The notes under the pieces are model-generated. The model searched no databases, was not told the DNA's origin, and saw nothing but the letters and a program-made list of their open reading frames with translations. This document shows, piece after piece, positions 1 through 9,914 of a stretch of 64,000 bases of DNA. Each line of letters begins with the position of its first letter. Within the stretch, counting starts at the first letter, position 1. Made by a program: the position numbers and the translations under genes. Source of the DNA: Bacteroidales bacterium (lineage in GTDB: Bacteria; Bacteroidota; Bacteroidia; Bacteroidales; UBA1715); NCBI GenBank assembly GCA_017516865.1, contig JAFXAU010000026.1:5220-69219 (forward strand), in the 5' to 3' direction.

Positions 1-1776
1 GCCTGCAAAGCTTGTGCAAAGTTTAAAGATATTGAAGAATTACGTTCGATGGTTACTATAGAACGGAACAAAATTTATTTTGAAACAGCCGACTATAAAG
101 CATTGAAAAAATTATTGAAAGACCCGACCGACGCTATAGCTGTCGATATTGTCAATATGAAACAATATCCATGCAACGGCGAAAATCTTGTAAACACGCA
201 GTTGCCAAGCCGTGGTTTTATGACCAAGCCTATATTTGTGAAGGATTTTGACAAATTGAACATTTATGCTGGTCGTAATTCTTCGACAAAACTACGTTTG
301 TTGTTGGGAGAGTTGCCAGAGGGAGTAACCGATTATGAATATAATGTGTTGGTTATCAAAGATAAACACTTGTGTAGAACTATAACTCCAAGTTTTGACA
401 AGAAAATTGATGGTTTTGATATGCCAAAACTGCTTCCGTTCCCAGATACGGTAACACGTTACAACACATACATATACACACCAGTTGTAAAACGTGACAC
501 AATCAGTTTCATCATTCCGTTCGAAATTGGTCGTTCGCAGTATCGTGCATCGGATATTGCCGCTTTCGTTGATTCAATGAAACAACCTGATTTCAAACCT
601 GTTGCATTTATTGTAACTGCGTATTCTTCGGTTGACGGCAATCCAGAGAAAAATATGCAATTGCGTGGCGAAAGAATCAATAGCATTGTCAGTGCAATTG
701 GCACATATTCGGGCAATTCGGTTCCAATTTCAACAAAAAGCAAAGATTCGTGGGATTTGTTCTACACCGATATTGTTGCAACAGAGTGGCAATTTCTTAA
801 GACAAAATCTCACGAAGAGGTTCTTGCCTACATAAAACGTGGCGACAATCTTCGAAAAATGGACGGTCTGCTTTCGAAGCATCGTTTTGCAGAAGTGCAA
901 ATTGTGGTTGACTACGATATTTCGTCGGTTCGCAAGGAGCAAGCATATACTATTTATATGTTTCACAAAGCATTGAAGGAATATAACGAAGATTTGGCAT
1001 TGGCTATACAAAAGTTCATTATGCAACAGGTGTTGTCGGGACGTTATCCTAAAAATGCCGTGGATAAAATGCAAATTCCAGACAAGGCTGCGTACGTTGG
1101 CATGCAGGTGAACAAAATGTGGCTCAAATACACGGTAAATAACATGGAATGCGACGAGGCGTTTCTTAAAGAAATGCGACGTTTGAACACGTTGAATCCT
1201 GACAATTTCTATGTCCGTCGAAATTTGGTATTTGCTCGTCTGAAACTCGAAACAATCGATAATGAATATTATGTGTCGGATATGCAGAAGGAAATTGACG
1301 CACAGTTGATTTCGGTTCTTCCAAAGTATGCGATAGACCCGTTGAATTTGGAATTGCAGATTAAGTCGTTGCAAAATCTAAATAAGACGTTCAAAGTTGC
1401 GAGTGAAGAAGAATTTGTGAATGCGGCGTTTTTACGTATCCGCGATATTATTGAGATTGATGATTATGATTGGAAAGGAGCTTTGAATTTGGCGTCGATA
1501 TTTGTCGGTATGGGCGATTACGACTACCCGCTTAGTGTTATGTCGACAATGGTGAATTTGCCCGACGTAAGCGAAGAATTTATATTTGTATTCATTTCAA
1601 TGTGTACACATACCGATTATATGTTCCATACGCAGGCGTTTGTCGATGCGTTGAAACGTGCCGGCGAAATGAACAAGGCTCGTTTGTGTGAATTGGTCGA
1701 TACGGGGAAATTGTCCTTCCAAATGTTTGAAAATTCGGAAGTTAAAAAGACGTATTGTCCTGTTTGTAATCAGTAG
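1..1776 (+). CDS. hypothetical protein, 5'-partial (reading frame open to window edge), with OmpA_C-like central segment
   Basis: ORF 49..1776 has no in-frame stop back to nt 1. The segment VAFIVTAYSSVDGNPEKNMQLRGERINSIV resembles the OmpA-like core (TDxxGxxxxNxxLSxxRA). The remainder is helical and no family was recognised. Confidence 0.55.
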   Translation, partial: ACKACAKFKDIEELRSMVTIERNKIYFETADYKALKKLLKDPTDAIAVDIVNMKQYPCNGENLVNTQLPSRGFMTKPIFVKDFDKLNIYAGRNSSTKLRLLLGELPEGVTDYEYNVLVIKDKHLCRTITPSFDKKIDGFDMPKLLPFPDTVTRYNTYIYTPVVKRDTISFIIPFEIGRSQYRASDIAAFVDSMKQPDFKPVAFIVTAYSSVDGNPEKNMQLRGERINSIVSAIGTYSGNSVPISTKSKDSWDLFYTDIVATEWQFLKTKSHEEVLAYIKRGDNLRKMDGLLSKHRFAEVQIVVDYDISSVRKEQAYTIYMFHKALKEYNEDLALAIQKFIMQQVLSGRYPKNAVDKMQIPDKAAYVGMQVNKMWLKYTVNNMECDEAFLKEMRRLNTLNPDNFYVRRNLVFARLKLETIDNEYYVSDMQKEIDAQLISVLPKYAIDPLNLELQIKSLQNLNKTFKVASEEEFVNAAFLRIRDIIEIDDYDWKGALNLASIFVGMGDYDYPLSVMSTMVNLPDVSEEFIFVFISMCTHTDYMFHTQAFVDALKRAGEMNKARLCELVDTGKLSFQMFENSEVKKTYCPVCNQ

Positions 1777-1862
1777 ACATAAATTACAAAATATATAGTG
1801 TAAGATAGGGTGGGGACGATATGCTCATCGTTTCCATATAAGTTTTTTTTTCTACGTACAAA

Positions 1863-1900
1863 AACCTATTTTTATAAATCACCCACTGATTTAATAGGTT
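1863..1900 (+). promoter_or_regulatory. long-spacer palindrome AACCTATT-N22-AATAGGTT upstream of the pstC -7 box
   Basis: 8-bp arms are perfect reverse complements, with an inner AAATCA/TGATTT pair. It ends 17 nt upstream of the TAtgTTTG box at 1918-1925. Confidence 0.4.
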
Positions 1901-1928
1901 AATAGAATTTTAATCCGTATGTTTGCAT

Positions 1929-1949
1929 TACCTATTAAAATGATAGGTT
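1929..1949 (+). promoter_or_regulatory. 21-nt palindromic site tACCTA-N9-TAGGTt between the pstC -7 box and ATG
   Basis: tacctattaaaatgataggtt. Member of the AACCTA-N9-TAGGTT family seen at five promoter positions in this window. Confidence 0.45.
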
Positions 1950-1959
1950 GAATTAGAGT

Positions 1960-2847
1960 ATGAATAACTTACGGATAATCAAGGATAAAACGGCAAATGC
2001 GGCTATGCGGACGGTCACCGTCGTGGCACTGCTTTTTGTGTTGGTGATGGGCTGGGGGCTCTATCAGAAATCAGCTCCGATATTAGGCGAAATTCCACTC
2101 TGGAATTTACTGACCGATTCCACATGGCAGCCGTTCAAAAACCAATTCGGTTTTCTTCCGTTTGTGATGGGAACCATTTGGGTGACAATCATTGCCATTG
2201 TAATTTCGTTGCCGTTGTCGCTTTTCACGGCGATTTTCCTTACGGAGTATTCGCGCCGGTGCGTGAAAAAGATAGTGTATCCTGCACTCGACATTTTGGC
2301 TTCGCTGCCGTCGGTCATCTATGGTGTATGGGGCACATTGGTAATCGTACCGTGGATTTCGGACAAACTTGCACCGCATTTTGTTGACTTTTCGGCTGGT
2401 TACACCACATTGGCAGCGGGTATAGTGTTGAGTATTATGGTGTTGCCGTTGCTTGTGAGTCTGTTTGTGGAATTGTTTTCAAGCGTGTCGGTCGATTTGC
2501 GTGACACGGCATACGCATTGGGTTCAACTCGTTGGCAGACAGCCCAAAAGGTTGTTATGCGGAAGTCGTTGCCGGGCATTTTCGCTTCGGTGGTGCTTGC
2601 CGTTTCGCGTGCGTTGGGTGAAACCATTGCCGTGCTGATGGTTTGTGGAAACTTGCCGCAAGTACCGCAGTCGGTGTTCGACGCCTGTTATCCGTTGCCG
2701 GCACTCATTGCCAACAACTACGGCGAAATGCTGTCGTTGCCAATGTACGAGTCGGCACTGATGTTTGCCGCATTGTTGCTTTTTGTGGTGGTTTTGTTGT
2801 TCAATCTCGTTTCACGAATCATTTTGCGGAAAATAGAAGAAAATTAG
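1960..2847 (+). CDS. pstC: phosphate ABC transporter permease PstC
   Basis: 295 aa, multi-TM, with permease EAA-type loop ALGSTRWQTAQKVVMRKSLPGI. First gene in pstC-pstA-pstB order. Confidence 0.9.
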   Translation: MNNLRIIKDKTANAAMRTVTVVALLFVLVMGWGLYQKSAPILGEIPLWNLLTDSTWQPFKNQFGFLPFVMGTIWVTIIAIVISLPLSLFTAIFLTEYSRRCVKKIVYPALDILASLPSVIYGVWGTLVIVPWISDKLAPHFVDFSAGYTTLAAGIVLSIMVLPLLVSLFVELFSSVSVDLRDTAYALGSTRWQTAQKVVMRKSLPGIFASVVLAVSRALGETIAVLMVCGNLPQVPQSVFDACYPLPALIANNYGEMLSLPMYESALMFAALLLFVVVLLFNLVSRIILRKIEEN

Positions 2848-2907
2848 GAGTTAGGAATTATGAGTTGGTGGCTGAGCTTGTCGAAGCCTCGTTTGAAGTC
2901 AAAAAAA

Positions 2908-3756
2908 ATGAAGAAAAGTATTGTTAAAGAGCAGTTTGCACGTTTGTTGATGTATCTTTCGATAGTCATCGTGTTGATTTTGGTTGCGAGCATCATCTGG
3001 ACTATTTTCAGCCGTGGAGCGAAGTGCCTTACGTGGGAGATGGTCACATCGTTGCCGGGTGGCGGATTCTACATTGGGAAGGAGGGCGGCTTTTTGAATG
3101 CCATAGTCGGTTCGCTTTACATTGTGCTTGCATCTACGGCTATCGGGCTGATAATCAGTGTTCCTGTTGTCTTCTTTTTGAATGTGTATCTTAAAACAAA
3201 GTCAAAGTTGGCATACGTGGCGCGGTTGGCGTTCGACGTGCTATTTGGCATTCCGTCAATTGTTTATGGTGCGTTTGCCTTTACGCTGATGATATATTTC
3301 GGGCTCCGCACGTCGCTCTTGGGTGGTATTTTGGTGGAAACATTGCTGATAATTCCAATTCTCATCCGTTCGATGGACGAGGTGGCGAAGAATTTCCCTC
3401 GTGAATTGCTCGAAGCATCGTATTCGTTGGGGGCAACCCGTTGGGAAACTATGGGCGTGGTAATGAGACAGATTGCTCCCGGAATCGCCACGGCCACATT
3501 GTTGTCGGTCGGTCGTTCCATAGGCGACGCAGCTGGCGTGATGTTCACCGCAGGTTTTTCCGACACAATTCCCACGTCGCTCTCGCAACAGGTTGCCACA
3601 TTGCCGTTGTCAATCTTTTTCCAACTGAGCGCACCGCAGATTGAAGTGCAGAACCGAGCGTATGCGGCGGCATTGGTGCTTACGATTATAGTTCTTATTA
3701 TCAGTCTTTTAGGAAGATTTATTACAAACCGTTTTTCAAAACATAACTTACGATGA
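2908..3756 (+). CDS. pstA: phosphate ABC transporter permease PstA
   Basis: Multi-TM with EAA loop SLGATRWETMGVVMRQIAPGI. The ORF opens at 2860, but its first 16 codons (MSWWLSLSKPRLKS) read through an intergenic repeat, so ATG 2908 (MKKSIVKEQF) is preferred. Confidence 0.88.
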   Translation: MKKSIVKEQFARLLMYLSIVIVLILVASIIWTIFSRGAKCLTWEMVTSLPGGGFYIGKEGGFLNAIVGSLYIVLASTAIGLIISVPVVFFLNVYLKTKSKLAYVARLAFDVLFGIPSIVYGAFAFTLMIYFGLRTSLLGGILVETLLIIPILIRSMDEVAKNFPRELLEASYSLGATRWETMGVVMRQIAPGIATATLLSVGRSIGDAAGVMFTAGFSDTIPTSLSQQVATLPLSIFFQLSAPQIEVQNRAYAAALVLTIIVLIISLLGRFITNRFSKHNLR

Positions 3757-4595
3757 AACGTTTTCTTTTACGCAGATTTTTGGCAAACGACAGCAACGAA
3801 CCATTTGTCCCGAACGAGAAATTCCAGCATCCCGAGGTCGCTTCGGAGCTTGTGGTTGACCATTTCAACCTTTCGATTGATGGCTCGCCGATATTGAAAG
3901 ACGTGTCGGTGACGATTCCGGCGAATAAAATCACGTGTATTATCGGACCATCGGGCTGTGGAAAATCGACCTTGCTCAAAAGTTTGAACCGACTGTCGGA
4001 TTCGATTGAGGGCGTAAAAACTTCGGGCGACATACGTCTTGGCGACACCAGCATAGTGAACTGTTCCGATTCTGATTTGGTGGAGTTGCGCCGTCGTATT
4101 GGGCTTGTTCCGCAGCGTCCTACGCCGCTTCCGATGTCGATTTTCGGCAACATTGCCTATGGATGCAAGATTCACGGCGTGGGTGGACGGCGGCAGTTGC
4201 GACGGATTGTCCGTCATTATTTGAAAGTTGTGGGTTTGTGGGACGAGGTGAAAGACCGTCTGCATAGTCCTGCGGTAAAGCTCTCCATTGGTCAGCAGCA
4301 ACGTTTGTGTCTTGCCCGCAGTCTTGCCGTTGAGCCAGAGTTTATCCTTGCCGACGAGGCCACTTCGGCTCTCGACCCCGTTTCGAGCAAGATTGTGGAA
4401 GATTTGTTCGTCAAGTTGAAAGAGCAGTATTCCATAGTAATGGTGACACACACGCTCCGTCAGGCCTTGCGAATAGCCGATTATGTAATTTTCATTTATA
4501 TGGGCGAGGTGATTGAAGTTGGCGACGCACAACAAGTTTTTAAGAATCCACAGCATGAACTCACGCAGAAATATCTGTCGGGAGCGATAAGTTAG
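3753..4595 (+). CDS. pstB: phosphate ABC transporter ATP-binding protein PstB
   Basis: Walker A GPSGCGKST, ABC signature LSIGQQQRL, Walker B ILADEATSALD. ATGA start/stop overlap with pstA. Confidence 0.92.
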   Translation: MKRFLLRRFLANDSNEPFVPNEKFQHPEVASELVVDHFNLSIDGSPILKDVSVTIPANKITCIIGPSGCGKSTLLKSLNRLSDSIEGVKTSGDIRLGDTSIVNCSDSDLVELRRRIGLVPQRPTPLPMSIFGNIAYGCKIHGVGGRRQLRRIVRHYLKVVGLWDEVKDRLHSPAVKLSIGQQQRLCLARSLAVEPEFILADEATSALDPVSSKIVEDLFVKLKEQYSIVMVTHTLRQALRIADYVIFIYMGEVIEVGDAQQVFKNPQHELTQKYLSGAIS

Positions 4596-4652
4596 AATGG
4601 ATGTCACAGCGTGCCGAAACCGCCTTTAATTGAGAATTGACGACTGTTTAGT

Positions 4653-4684
4653 AAGGACGTGGCACGCCGCGTCCTTGTCTTTTA
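4653..4684 (+). terminator. rho-independent terminator after pstB
   Basis: GC-rich hairpin AAGGACGTGGC..GCCGCGTCCTT followed by a gtctttta T-tract. Confidence 0.6.
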
Positions 4685-4881
4685 TACACAATTGCGGATG
4701 CATTCAATGTGTCCCTACAAATATCCACATTCCCATCCGTAATTTTTTCCTTTTTTTTTCTTACTGCCCCCAATGCACGTCATTATCTCCATATGTAATT
4801 CACAATTTTAAAAATCGGGAATCTCGCGGAATACAGAATAAATGCTATCTTTGGGCAACCAATTTATAAAGAGTAGTAACG

Positions 4882-5365
4882 ATGAAAAAAGAAATGGATT
4901 CAAGCCCAAAGAGCGAAATAATCTTGTATCAACCCAACGAAACGGTGTCGTTGGAGGTGCGGTTAGACGAGGACACGGTGTGGCTTACGCAACAGCAGAT
5001 TGCGGAATTGTTTGGAACGCAAAGACCAGCGATAACAAAGCATCTGAATAATATATATGCTTCACAAGAGTTGGATGAGGCCAGCACATGTTCCATTTTG
5101 GAACTTATGGGTAATGACGGAAAACAAGTTTATAAGAAAAAGTTTTACAATTTAGATGCAATTTTATCTGTCGGCTATCGTGTCAATTCCCGAAACGCCA
5201 CATTGTTTCGCCAATGGGTAAACAAAGTATTGAAAGACTATCTTCTACGAGGATATTCGGTGAATCACGTCTGTTCGCATTCAACAAAATGGGATTGGAT
5301 AAGAATCTGATTCTTTCGGCTGTGAAAGGTGAATTTGAGAAACCGTAGGTGTTTCGGTATGATAA
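4882..5365 (+). pseudogene. RhuM-family protein, internally deleted copy
   Basis: The first ~126 codons parallel the full-length paralog at 12438..13349. At ~5267 the homology jumps to the paralog's last ~100 nt (13239 onward). This is a ~412-nt deletion, not a multiple of 3, giving a frameshift and a stop at 5308-5310. Confidence 0.8.
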
Positions 5366-5376
5366 TATACATAATA

Positions 5377-5397
5377 AACCTATTAAAGTAGTAGGCT
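5377..5397 (+). promoter_or_regulatory. 21-nt palindromic site AACCTA-N9-TAGGcT upstream of the racemase-mnmA-nadA promoter
   Basis: aacctattaaagtagtaggct. It ends 15 nt upstream of the TAtcTTTG -7 box at 5413-5420 and lies inside the duplicated RhuM module. Confidence 0.45.
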
Positions 5398-5443
5398 ATT
5401 TCGAAAATAGTTTATCTTTGCACAAGAAAACAATGTTGTGTTG

Positions 5444-6139
5444 ATGAAAAAAATAGGGCTAATCGGTGGTGTAGGACCTGTTTCCACGGTAAATTATTAT
5501 TTGGAACTCAATCGGTTGTATCATAATGATTTCGGTGTGAATGAATATCCTGAAATTGTGATTGACAGTCTGAGTTTGAACAAGGTAACTACGGCTCTTG
5601 CCGATGAACGCTATGATATTGTGTGTGAAATACTTAAAAAGAGTGCGGACATATTGCGGAATGCGGGGGCGGAATGTGTTGCAATTTGTTCAAATACGCC
5701 GCATATTGTTCTAAGTCAAATAGTTGATGAGTTGCCGTTGCCTATTGTGAGCATTGTTGATGCAAATGTGCAGGCAGTGAAAAACGGCGGCTACAAAAAC
5801 GTGTTGGTATTAGGTACGCTTGCTACAATGCAAAGTGGTATGTATCAGTCAGTTCTTGCGGAAAATGGCATTTCGGCGGTTACACCAAGCGTGGAAGACC
5901 AACAAACGATAGCCGACATTATTTTCCCCAATCTCGAAAACGGCATTGTTGACCCCGACGAACGTTTGGAAATGCTTGCTTTAGTTGAGAAATACGTTGC
6001 GTATCAATCAGTTGACGCGGTTTTACTTGCCTGCACGGAACTTCCGCTCATCATAAAACCAGCCGATTTGACTATCCCTGTGATTGATACGGCTCTGGTT
6101 CATGCAAAAGAAATCTATGAATTCGCTGTAAAACAATGA
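5444..6139 (+). CDS. aspartate/glutamate racemase family protein
   Basis: N-terminus KKIGLIGGVGPVST and two Cys-containing active-site regions, AICSNTPH and LLACTELPL. The ORF opens at GTG 5438; ATG 5444 is preferred. Confidence 0.8.
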   Translation: MKKIGLIGGVGPVSTVNYYLELNRLYHNDFGVNEYPEIVIDSLSLNKVTTALADERYDIVCEILKKSADILRNAGAECVAICSNTPHIVLSQIVDELPLPIVSIVDANVQAVKNGGYKNVLVLGTLATMQSGMYQSVLAENGISAVTPSVEDQQTIADIIFPNLENGIVDPDERLEMLALVEKYVAYQSVDAVLLACTELPLIIKPADLTIPVIDTALVHAKEIYEFAVKQ

Positions 6140-7290
6140 TTTACGAGATACAAAGTTTGCCCAAACGGGGCGATGTAGTTTTAGTTGGTTTGTCGGGCGG
6201 CATAGATTCCACGCTGACTGCCGTGATGCTGAAAGAAGCTGGTTGCAAGGTCATAGGCGTTACTATGTCGTTGTGGGACAGCCGTCTCCCGAAAATTGAC
6301 AGCAAAAAAGAATATTGTTTCGACGCAAACGAGTCGATGAGCATTGACGACTGTCGTGCGTTTTGCAAAAAGTATGATATTGAGTATCACGTAGTTGACT
6401 TGCACGAGGAGTACCGAAAAAACGTGTTGGAATATTTCAAGGCGGAGTATCGGGCGGGACGGACGCCGAATCCGTGTATTCGTTGTAATTCCACTATGAA
6501 ATTCGGCACAATGCTGTCGAGCGTGGAAAAATTGGGCGTTGACTACGATTATTTTTGTACGGGACATTATGCGAAAATTGTAAAGCCGACCGAAGGTTTG
6601 TTCGGTACCGAAAACCGTCCGTATATGGTCGCAAGCGCGTCGGACGCTTCGAAAGACCAGTCGTATTTTTTGTATCGCATACCTGGTTCCGTGCTGGAAA
6701 AAGTGCGTTTCCCGTTGGCGGAAATTTCCAAAAAAGAAGTATTTGAATTTGCGAAAAAGAACAACTTGTTTTCTGAAAAATATACTGAAAGTCAAGATTT
6801 TATAGATCCGCAATATTTTGACATTCTGTTTGCCGACAAACCATTTGCCGAAGGCGACATTGTTGATTTGGACGGAAAAGTTTTGGGCCGTCATAAAGGG
6901 ATTGAGCATTACACTATTGGGCAACGGAAAGGACTCGGCGTTGCACTTTCGTATCCTGTCTATGTGCATTCCATTGATGCAGAACGAAATAGAGTAGTGT
7001 TGGCTCCGATTGAGGCGTTGCGTTCGTCATGTTTTATAATCGACGACTGCGTGTGGGCAGGCGGAGTGGAACCGCAGTCGGCTTTCGAAGCCCGTGTAAA
7101 AATTCGGCTTGCGGGAGGTTTGCATAACGCGAAAATCGAAGGAACCAAATCTTCACAACCAGACAATGCCAAATTGTGGAGAATCACGTTCGATGAGCCG
7201 CAAACGGCCGTCACTCCTGGACAGTCGGCGGTGATATACGACGGCGACGTGATTGTGGGCGGAGGAGTGATTGCAAAGGTGGAAAATTGA
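6136..7290 (+). CDS. mnmA: tRNA 2-thiouridine(34) synthase MnmA
   Basis: PP-loop VLVGLSGGIDSTLTA and Cys region NPCIRCN; 384 aa. Overlaps the racemase stop. Confidence 0.88.
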   Translation: MIYEIQSLPKRGDVVLVGLSGGIDSTLTAVMLKEAGCKVIGVTMSLWDSRLPKIDSKKEYCFDANESMSIDDCRAFCKKYDIEYHVVDLHEEYRKNVLEYFKAEYRAGRTPNPCIRCNSTMKFGTMLSSVEKLGVDYDYFCTGHYAKIVKPTEGLFGTENRPYMVASASDASKDQSYFLYRIPGSVLEKVRFPLAEISKKEVFEFAKKNNLFSEKYTESQDFIDPQYFDILFADKPFAEGDIVDLDGKVLGRHKGIEHYTIGQRKGLGVALSYPVYVHSIDAERNRVVLAPIEALRSSCFIIDDCVWAGGVEPQSAFEARVKIRLAGGLHNAKIEGTKSSQPDNAKLWRITFDEPQTAVTPGQSAVIYDGDVIVGGGVIAKVEN

Positions 7291-7305
7291 AATTTACAGA
7301 AAAAT

Positions 7306-8226
7306 ATGTTGATACACGAAATTCAAGCGGAAATACGACGGCTCAAGCGTGAAAAGGGTATTTGCATTTTGGCACACGCATATCAGAGTCACGACATCTG
7401 GGAAGTGGCCGATTATGTGGGCGATTCGTTCGGATTGAGTCAAAAGGCGGCTGAATCCGATGCTGATACGGTTTTAATGTGCGGCGTGCGGTTTATGGCT
7501 GAAACGGTGAAGATTTTGTCGCCGCAAAAACGCGTGATTTTGGCGAATGGCGAGGCGGGCTGCCCTATGGCGGAACAAATTTCGGTGGATTTGTTGCGGA
7601 GTTTAAAAGAAAAATACCCCGACCATACGGTGGTTTCGTACATCAATACAACGATACAATTAAAAACATTGACCGACGTGTGCGTCACTTCGTCGTCGGC
7701 AGTGAAGATTGTGCAAAACATACAAAACGACAAGATTCTGTTCATACCAGATTGTAACTTAGGCAGTTGGGTACAAAAACAAATACCCGAAAAACAATTC
7801 CAGTTTGTTCCCGGCGGTTGTCCCACCCATTTGCTGATTACGCCGAAAAATGTTGAACAGGCACGCCAGAAGCACCCAAACGTATTGGTGCTTGTTCATC
7901 CCGAATGTGCCGAAAAAGTTGTGGAACTTGCTGATTATGTGGGTAGTACCACACAAATAATGGATTTTGCAAAACAAAGTCAGGCAACGGAATTTATCAT
8001 AGGTACGGAAAACAGCATTGTGCAGCATTTGCAGATTGATTGTCCCGAAAAGCGTTTTTACGCGTTGTCGAAAAATTGTGTCTGCCATAATATGAAAATG
8101 ACCACGTTAGGCGATGTGTATGAATGTGTAAGAGGTATCGGTGGCGAAGAAATCACGCTCGATGCCGATACGCTTCGCAATGCCAGACGTAGTATTGACG
8201 AAATGCTCAGGTTGGAAAAGATTTGA
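7306..8226 (+). CDS. nadA: quinolinate synthase NadA
   Basis: 306 aa with ILAHAYQ, VGDS, CGVRFMAETVK and VHPEC motifs typical of NadA. Confidence 0.88.
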   Translation: MLIHEIQAEIRRLKREKGICILAHAYQSHDIWEVADYVGDSFGLSQKAAESDADTVLMCGVRFMAETVKILSPQKRVILANGEAGCPMAEQISVDLLRSLKEKYPDHTVVSYINTTIQLKTLTDVCVTSSSAVKIVQNIQNDKILFIPDCNLGSWVQKQIPEKQFQFVPGGCPTHLLITPKNVEQARQKHPNVLVLVHPECAEKVVELADYVGSTTQIMDFAKQSQATEFIIGTENSIVQHLQIDCPEKRFYALSKNCVCHNMKMTTLGDVYECVRGIGGEEITLDADTLRNARRSIDEMLRLEKI

Positions 8227-8376
8227 GCGGATAGCCAACAAAAGAGGGGGGCACGCAAGTTCGCGGCATTGCACAATTCAGAAAACATGAATTGCGGCAT
8301 ATTAATTCATTTTGGTTTATGCTAAAGTAAAGTGTTTCAGAAATTTTTTATATTTGGAGAATAAATTTGTGAGATT

Positions 8377-8565
8377 ATGAGCGAACAGGAGTTAAATTCA
8401 TACCGGCTGACAAGTTTGGAAGAACCAACCGATGAAATGTTGGCTCAGATTATGCACGAGGCAGCCGAAGATGCAAAGCAGAAATCCGAAGAAGCACACA
8501 AACGATTCTTCGCTGAATTGTATGAAATGGCAAAACAAATAACCGCAAAAAATGACGGAGCATAA
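8377..8565 (+). CDS. putative antitoxin partner of the zeta-like toxin
   Basis: 62-aa acidic helical ORF overlapping the downstream P-loop gene by 14 nt, preceded by a TAtaTTTG box. Called from position only; no family recognised. Confidence 0.45.
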   Translation: MSEQELNSYRLTSLEEPTDEMLAQIMHEAAEDAKQKSEEAHKRFFAELYEMAKQITAKNDGA

Positions 8566-9151
8566 ACCAATATTGATTGTGATTGCAGGTCCGAACGGCT
8601 CTGGGAAAACCACCATCACTTCAAAAATATTGAAGCACGAATGGTTGGAGGATGCCGTTTACATAAATCCCGACACGATTGCACAGGAAAAATTCGGCGA
8701 TTGGAATTCCACTGAAGCAATTCTACAATCAATTCAATATTGTGAAAACTTACGAAACACGTGCTTGGGAAACAAACAAAGTCTGATTTTTGAAACGGTG
8801 CTTTCTTCCGAAAACAAAGTGGAATTCATAAAAAAAGCGATAGACGCAGGATATTTTGTGAGATTGTTTTTTGTCTGCACCAATTCTCCTGCGATAAACG
8901 CCTCGCGAATCGCAAACAGAGTTATTGAAGGCGGACACGATGTACCAATTTCAAAGATAATTTCACGATTTCAAAAATCAATAACAAACTGTTTGAAATT
9001 GCGTGATTCAGTTGACAGACTGTATGTTTACGATAATTCTGTTGAAAACGAGGATGCCACTTTGTTGTTCCGTTTTGCGAATGGAAATTTAATGAAAAAA
9101 TATATCACGGAAGTTCCCCAGTGGGCAGTTCCGCTTTTGTTGAATTCTTAA
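8552..9151 (+). CDS. zeta-toxin-like P-loop kinase (COG4185-type)
   Basis: Walker A IAGPNGSGKTTI; 199 aa. Overall pattern matches the zeta toxin / predicted ABC-type ATPase family. Confidence 0.7.
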   Translation: MTEHKPILIVIAGPNGSGKTTITSKILKHEWLEDAVYINPDTIAQEKFGDWNSTEAILQSIQYCENLRNTCLGNKQSLIFETVLSSENKVEFIKKAIDAGYFVRLFFVCTNSPAINASRIANRVIEGGHDVPISKIISRFQKSITNCLKLRDSVDRLYVYDNSVENEDATLLFRFANGNLMKKYITEVPQWAVPLLLNS

Positions 9152-9271
9152 TCTTTTTGCCTATGAAGCAGTAGCGAGTAAGCACATGTATAAAATAAGC
9201 GTTAAGTTGAAATCTTGAGTTTTCGAAAACTGGACACTTTTTTGAAAACCGACCAAGTTTTAAGCGGAAGC

Positions 9272-9304
9272 GTTCACGCATGCGTGGACTTTATTCGTTT
9301 TTTG
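9272..9304 (+). terminator. hairpin terminator downstream of the zeta-like gene
   Basis: GTTCACGCATGCGTGGAC palindrome followed by a tttattcgttttttt T-rich run. Confidence 0.45.
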
Positions 9305-9463
9305 GTTGGTTAAGGTAGTCCAGAAATCCTCAAGAAACTCAAAGAACAAAATATAAGTACCACGCTTTTTTTATGTGCATATATGAACTTTTGGTACTTC
9401 CGACAATCTGCCTATGGTCGTGAGAATAGATGGCAAGACAAGAATTAAAAACAAAACATTACA

Positions 9464-9910
9464 ATGAGTAAAAAATATTTTATCTGCGATTTTGCCCGTT
9501 CTGATTCGGGGAAAACCACGGTATTGAATCAATTGGCAAAAAAACTGAAACAACATAAAGAAATTGTTCAAGTCGATTCTGATGATTTGCGGAACGGCGA
9601 TATGTGGTATTTGTTTGAGTATAAGGGGAAAAAGATTTGCATAATAACAAGCGGCGACAATTCCAAAGATATGGAAGAATGGTATGGATGGGCGTTGGAT
9701 TACAAAGCCGACGTGATTGTTTGTGCTTCGCGAAGCAAAGGCGATACCATTGATTGTGTGAATGACTTTGCTGATAAAGGAGATTATTACGTTGTGTGGT
9801 TCTCGAATTATTACTGCAACAGTGACGAGGCTATAATCGACACGCTAAACGACAGTACGGTAGAGTCTATTTTGAATGTAATTGAAAAATTGTTAAACGT
9901 TAAATTTTAA
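9464..9910 (+). CDS. hypothetical small P-loop-like protein
   Basis: 148 aa with Walker-A-like ARSDSGKTTV and a hydrophobic-Asp stretch ICIITSGD. Its stop lies 4 nt before the LRR gene start. No family recognised. Confidence 0.5.
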   Translation: MSKKYFICDFARSDSGKTTVLNQLAKKLKQHKEIVQVDSDDLRNGDMWYLFEYKGKKICIITSGDNSKDMEEWYGWALDYKADVIVCASRSKGDTIDCVNDFADKGDYYVVWFSNYYCNSDEAIIDTLNDSTVESILNVIEKLLNVKF

Positions 9911-9914
9911 GATT

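Noticed and set aside
4630-4869. 79-aa TTG-initiated ORF between pstB and RhuM copy A
   Set aside because: It spans the pstB terminator hairpin and the repeat-derived T-rich region. It has no coding signature.
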